A DNA stretch of 38,456 nucleotides from contig NC_057718.1 of NCBI RefSeq assembly GCF_004010195.1, forward strand, positions 92,676,540 to 92,714,995, read 5' to 3'. How positions within the stretch are numbered: position 1 is the stretch's first letter; the number at the start of each line of letters is the position of its first letter. Both the position numbers and the translations under genes were made by a program. Shown piece after piece: positions 34,700 through 38,456 of this stretch. Under the pieces are notes generated by a model. The model was not told the DNA's origin. It saw only the letters and a program-made list of their open reading frames with translations, and searched no databases. Source of the DNA: Chiloscyllium plagiosum. Taxonomy: Eukaryota.

Positions 34700-35180
34700 T
34701 CAGATGGGACATGGCAGGAGATTGTGTCATTAGGCACAGACACTATCGTCAAAATCAGGAGCTCCAAAGGTTGTGTTGCCCATTTGTTCCAGTGTTAAAG
34801 AAAGCTCCTTGAGCTGGAGATGAACTTGAAGCTAAAGTAGGAGAATTCGGATGCTATGATCCAGAGTGAACTCTATACCGTAGGTAGAACTAGGCAAGAT
34901 GTTCTACTCAGGAAGTTCAATGAGTTAATATCCAAAGTAAAATGTAGATCATTTTGGGTAACCATCTCTGGCTTGATATTTGCTCTATATGTCAATTGGG
35001 ACAGGATTAAGTAGATTAGAGAACTAAATCCATGGTTGAAAGAGTGGTGTGTTGAAGAAGGTATTTTGATGAAAGGCCCCAGCAACAGTGTACCTGTTCC
35101 ATTGGGATGGGCTCTACTTAAAGCAAGCTGAGATCAATGTCATAGACAATTGTATAATGAGAGCATTAAGGTAATAGAAA
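34700..35180 (+). mobile_element. Decayed CR1 ORF1 (SGNH esterase-like) remnant
   Basis: Degenerate ..LCC, GRT..DVLL.KF.EL..K.K.R...V.ISGL, I.ELN.WLKEWC..EG., LF.WDGL.L motifs. Confidence 0.5.
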
Positions 35181-35359
35181 GGTGTTGCTGGTGGGCTTGT
35201 TTGGATGAAGGAAGTTTTGGAAATTCAAATAGACAGTTTGAGGCCACGAGATATGGCAAAAATAAGGAGAATGGGACAGAAAAGGACAAAGATTTTAAGA
35301 ATAGTTGTGCATCAGTGAGTAAGATCCATTCAAGGAACAAGAGTTAAATTAAATGAAAT

Positions 35360-36570
35360 TAGAACATAAAACATAGAACATTACAGCGCAGTATAGGCCC
35401 TTCGCCCCTCGATGTTGCATCGAATTGTGGAACCAATCTGAAGCCCATCTATCCTACACTATTCCATGTTCATCCTTATGTCTATCCAATGACTATTTAA
35501 ATGCCTTTAAAGTTAGTGAGTCTACAACTGTTGCAGGCAGTGCGTTCCACACCCCTACTACTCTCTGAGGAAAGAAAATGCCTCTGACATCTGTCCTATA
35601 TCTATCACCCCTCAATTTAAAGCTATGTCTTCTCATGCTCGCCATCACCATCTGAGGAAAAAGGCTTGCCCTGTCCACCCTACCTAACCCTCTGATTATC
35701 TTGTATGTCTCAATTATGTCACCTCTTAACCTTCTTCTCTCTGACGAAAACAGCCTCAAGTCCCTCAAACTTTCCTCACAAGACCTTCCCTCCATACCAG
35801 GCAACATCCTAATAAATCTCCTCTGAACCCTCTCCAAAGCTTCCACAGCCTTCCTATAATGCAGTGACCAGAACTGTATGCAGTACTCCAAGTGCAGCTG
35901 CACCAGCTGCAGCATGACCTCATGGCTCTGAAACTCAATCCCTCTCCCAATAAAAGCTAACACATTGTATGCCTTCGTAACAACCCTACCACCTTGGGTG
36001 GTAACTTTAAGGGATCAATGTACATGGACACCGAGATCTCTCTGCTCATGCACACTACCAAACATCTTACCATTAGCCCTGTACTCTTTATTCCTGTTGA
36101 ACCTTCCAAAGTGAATCACCTCACACTTTTCCACATTAAACTCCATTTACCACCTCTCAGACCAGCTTTGTAGCTTATCTATGTCACTCTGTAACTTGCA
36201 ACATCCTTCAGCACTATCCACAACTCCACCGACCTTAATGTCATCCACACATTTACTAACCCATCTTTCTCTGCCCTCATCTAGATCATTTATAAAAATG
36301 ACAACCAGCAGTGGCTCCAAAACAGATCCTTGCAGTACATCACTAGTAACTGAACTCCAGGATGAACATTTCCCATAACCACTACCCTCTGTCTTCTTTC
36401 AGCTAGCCAATCCAAACTGCAAAATCATGCTCAATCCCATGCCTCCGTAATTTGTGCAATAGCCTACTGTATGGAACCTTTTAAAATGCCTTATTGAAAC
36501 CCATATGCACCACATCAACCGCTTTACCCTCATCCACCTGTTTGGTCACCAAATCAAAGAACTCAATAAG
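35360..36570 (-). mobile_element. CR1 LINE RT-to-3' fragment
   Basis: (CATAGAA)n tail; ORF 35493..35963 [54 protein letters not shown] at the far end. Confidence 0.93.
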
Positions 36571-36571
36571 G

Positions 36572-37188
36572 TGAATTGAATTGAATTTATCATCATGTGT
36601 ACCGAGGCACAGTGAAAAGCTCTGTCTTGCGAGCAGTACAGGCAGATCACAGAGTTAAGTAGCATAGCTAAGTAAATGATAGGTAAGCAGCGGCAAAAAC
36701 AAAAACACAGGTACAGGCAAATGTTTAGAGTTTGTGAGTCCATTCAGTATTCTAACAACAGTAGGGTAGAAACTGTTTTGAAACTGGCTGGTGCGTGTGT
36801 TCAGGCTTCTGTAACTTCTCCCCTATGGTAGAAATTGTAGAGGTTGCCAGGATGGGATGGATCTTTGAGAATGCTGGCGGCCTTTACTTGACAGCGGGCC
36901 TGATAAATGGATTCTGTAGATGGGAGGTTGGTCTTTGTGATTCTCCAGGCCGAGTTCACCACTCTCTGTAACCATCTTCGATATTGAAAGGTACAGTTGC
37001 CATACCAGGTAGTGATACATCCAGACAAAATGTTCTCCTTGGCACACCTATAAAAGTTGGCAAGGGTATTCACTGTCATGCCAAATTTCCTCCGCTGCCT
37101 GAAGAAGAAGAGACAATGTTGGGCCTTTGTAACCAGTGGGTCCACATGAAGAGTCCAAGAAAGCTTGTTGTGGATGACCACTCCCAGG
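36572..37188 (-). mobile_element. Rex1/Babar-clade LINE 3' fragment
   Basis: LGVVI.NKLSW..H...L..KAQ..LFF.R..RKFG......NFYRCA.E.ILSGCITTWYGNC....LQRVV; (ATTCA)n tail at ~36572-36587. Confidence 0.85.
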
Positions 37189-37246
37189 AGGGTGTTGGTG
37201 GACACCGCGTGCTAATCCTCTTTTTTTCAGAGCCTCGGACACTCCA

Positions 37247-38456
37247 GTTTTTTCTTTCTTCTTTTTTCCTGTGTTGTGTGTGTGCAAATGTCGGACACAG
37301 TGAAAAACAACAGTTGTTTAAATCTTTATTAATATTCCACCACCAGGAAGAAAGGAAACACCTGAGTGGCCAGTTTCAAGCAGAGCCCTTCTAACCAAAG
37401 GGTATTGCTGCGTGATTAAAAAAGTGAAAGGGAGGGCAGGGATTAAATCAAAATAGAGTTGGAGGGGGCAATAAAACACTCCACTCCCTGCGGTGCCCAC
37501 CTCTCCCTGAATAACTCCAGGGTGTTGGAGAAGGAGCACGCGGTGTCCACCAAGGACACCCGGGCTCTAATGTAACCGCGGAAGAGGGGCAGGCAGTCGG
37601 CTCTAACGACCCCCTCCACGGCCCGCTGCCTGAACCTGTTTATGGCCAGTTTCGCCAGGCCCAGGAGCAGACCCACGAGGAGGTCTTCAGACCTGCCCTC
37701 CCTCCTCCATACCGGGTGCCCGAAGATCAGGAGCGTGGGACAAGTGCAACCAAAAGCAGAGGAGGAGGTTTTTAAGAAAATCAAAAAGGGAGTGCAAATG
37801 CCCACACCCAATATATACGTGGTCCACGGACTCCACAGCGCCACAGAACAAACAGTTGGGCTGGGGGTCCATGAACCACCGCAATCTGTGGTTGCAGGGG
37901 ACCGCTGTGTGCAGCACCCTCCACCCCAGATCCCCGAGAAAAAAGGGGGAGGACTCCCGCATAGAGAGCCCTCCACTGGGGATCCCCACTGCCCGGTGGC
38001 AAATGGGCATGCCAAGGCGTCTCCAGACGATGGATGAGGGAGAAGAGGTGGATGGTATGCAGCCGCAGCCTATACAGCCTTTTTACAGCCTTAAAAAAAA
38101 AGGGACAGAATTATAATTCCGGAGGTGGCTCAGGTTGTGGGGCACAGGCTCCCGTGGGAAGTACGGGACCTTGGGGCCAATGTGAAATTCCATCCAGGCT
38201 GGGGTGAGCGCGGACGGGATCCCACCGCACACCTGAGCGTCCTCCAATTGGTGCACTACGTCGGGTCCGAGCACCGCCGTTTTAAGGATGGCGGTGGCCA
38301 CGTACTGGACGTCTACCGCTGCCCTGCCTGCTATGTCCTGCGGCAGCCTCCAGCCCAGGCCCCCGGCACCCAGTACGTCCCCGACCCTGGTCACCCTCGC
38401 CACCGCGGCCCTCCCCTCCGACAGCCACTCGAACCCGCGAGTACGGAGGTGCGGAT
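37247..38456 (-). mobile_element. Tx1-like (L1 group) retrotransposon, ORF2 C-terminus and 3' UTR, frameshifted; continues beyond window
   Basis: DLGWRVLH.AVPCN..L....P.CLFCGAVESVDHVYI.C zinc knuckle; LLLGLAKLAI...R; DCLPLFRGYIRARVSL; AATAAA at 37330-37325 and A-rich tract ~37270-37247; GC- and CpG-rich. Confidence 0.85.

Overview
Vertebrate genomic DNA, almost certainly from a cartilaginous fish (shark). The evidence is HE1/V-SINEs, Deu-SINE remnants and abundant CR1 LINEs; the species cannot be fixed from sequence alone. The only host protein-coding gene is a two-exon NK2 homeobox gene on the minus strand, NKX2-4 (CDS join 4855-4483, 3938-3274; 345 aa). It sits in a ~9.6 kb CpG-retaining, almost transposon-free domain. 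The remaining ~28 kb upstream of the gene is CpG-depleted and filled with decayed non-LTR retrotransposons (CR1, L2, Rex1/Babar, Tx1) and SINEs, interleaved with AT-rich repeat-free blocks that may be enhancers. The most striking structure is two sequence-distinct families of short, mostly palindromic insertions (8 copies) with variable-length target-site duplications. Their hairpin centres or truncation points coincide with minimal type I hammerhead ribozyme motifs, as expected for pLTR remnants of Penelope-like retroelements. One copy (30772-30807, minus) keeps a fully intact catalytic core. Also seen: a nested ribozyme-element insertion, a 21-bp micro-inversion in the Tx1 ORF whose ancestral orientation survives as a 25-bp patch fused to a Rex1 fragment, and a ~245-bp post-insertion tandem duplication. 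Repeat boundaries were read by eye and are approximate unless TSDs are given.
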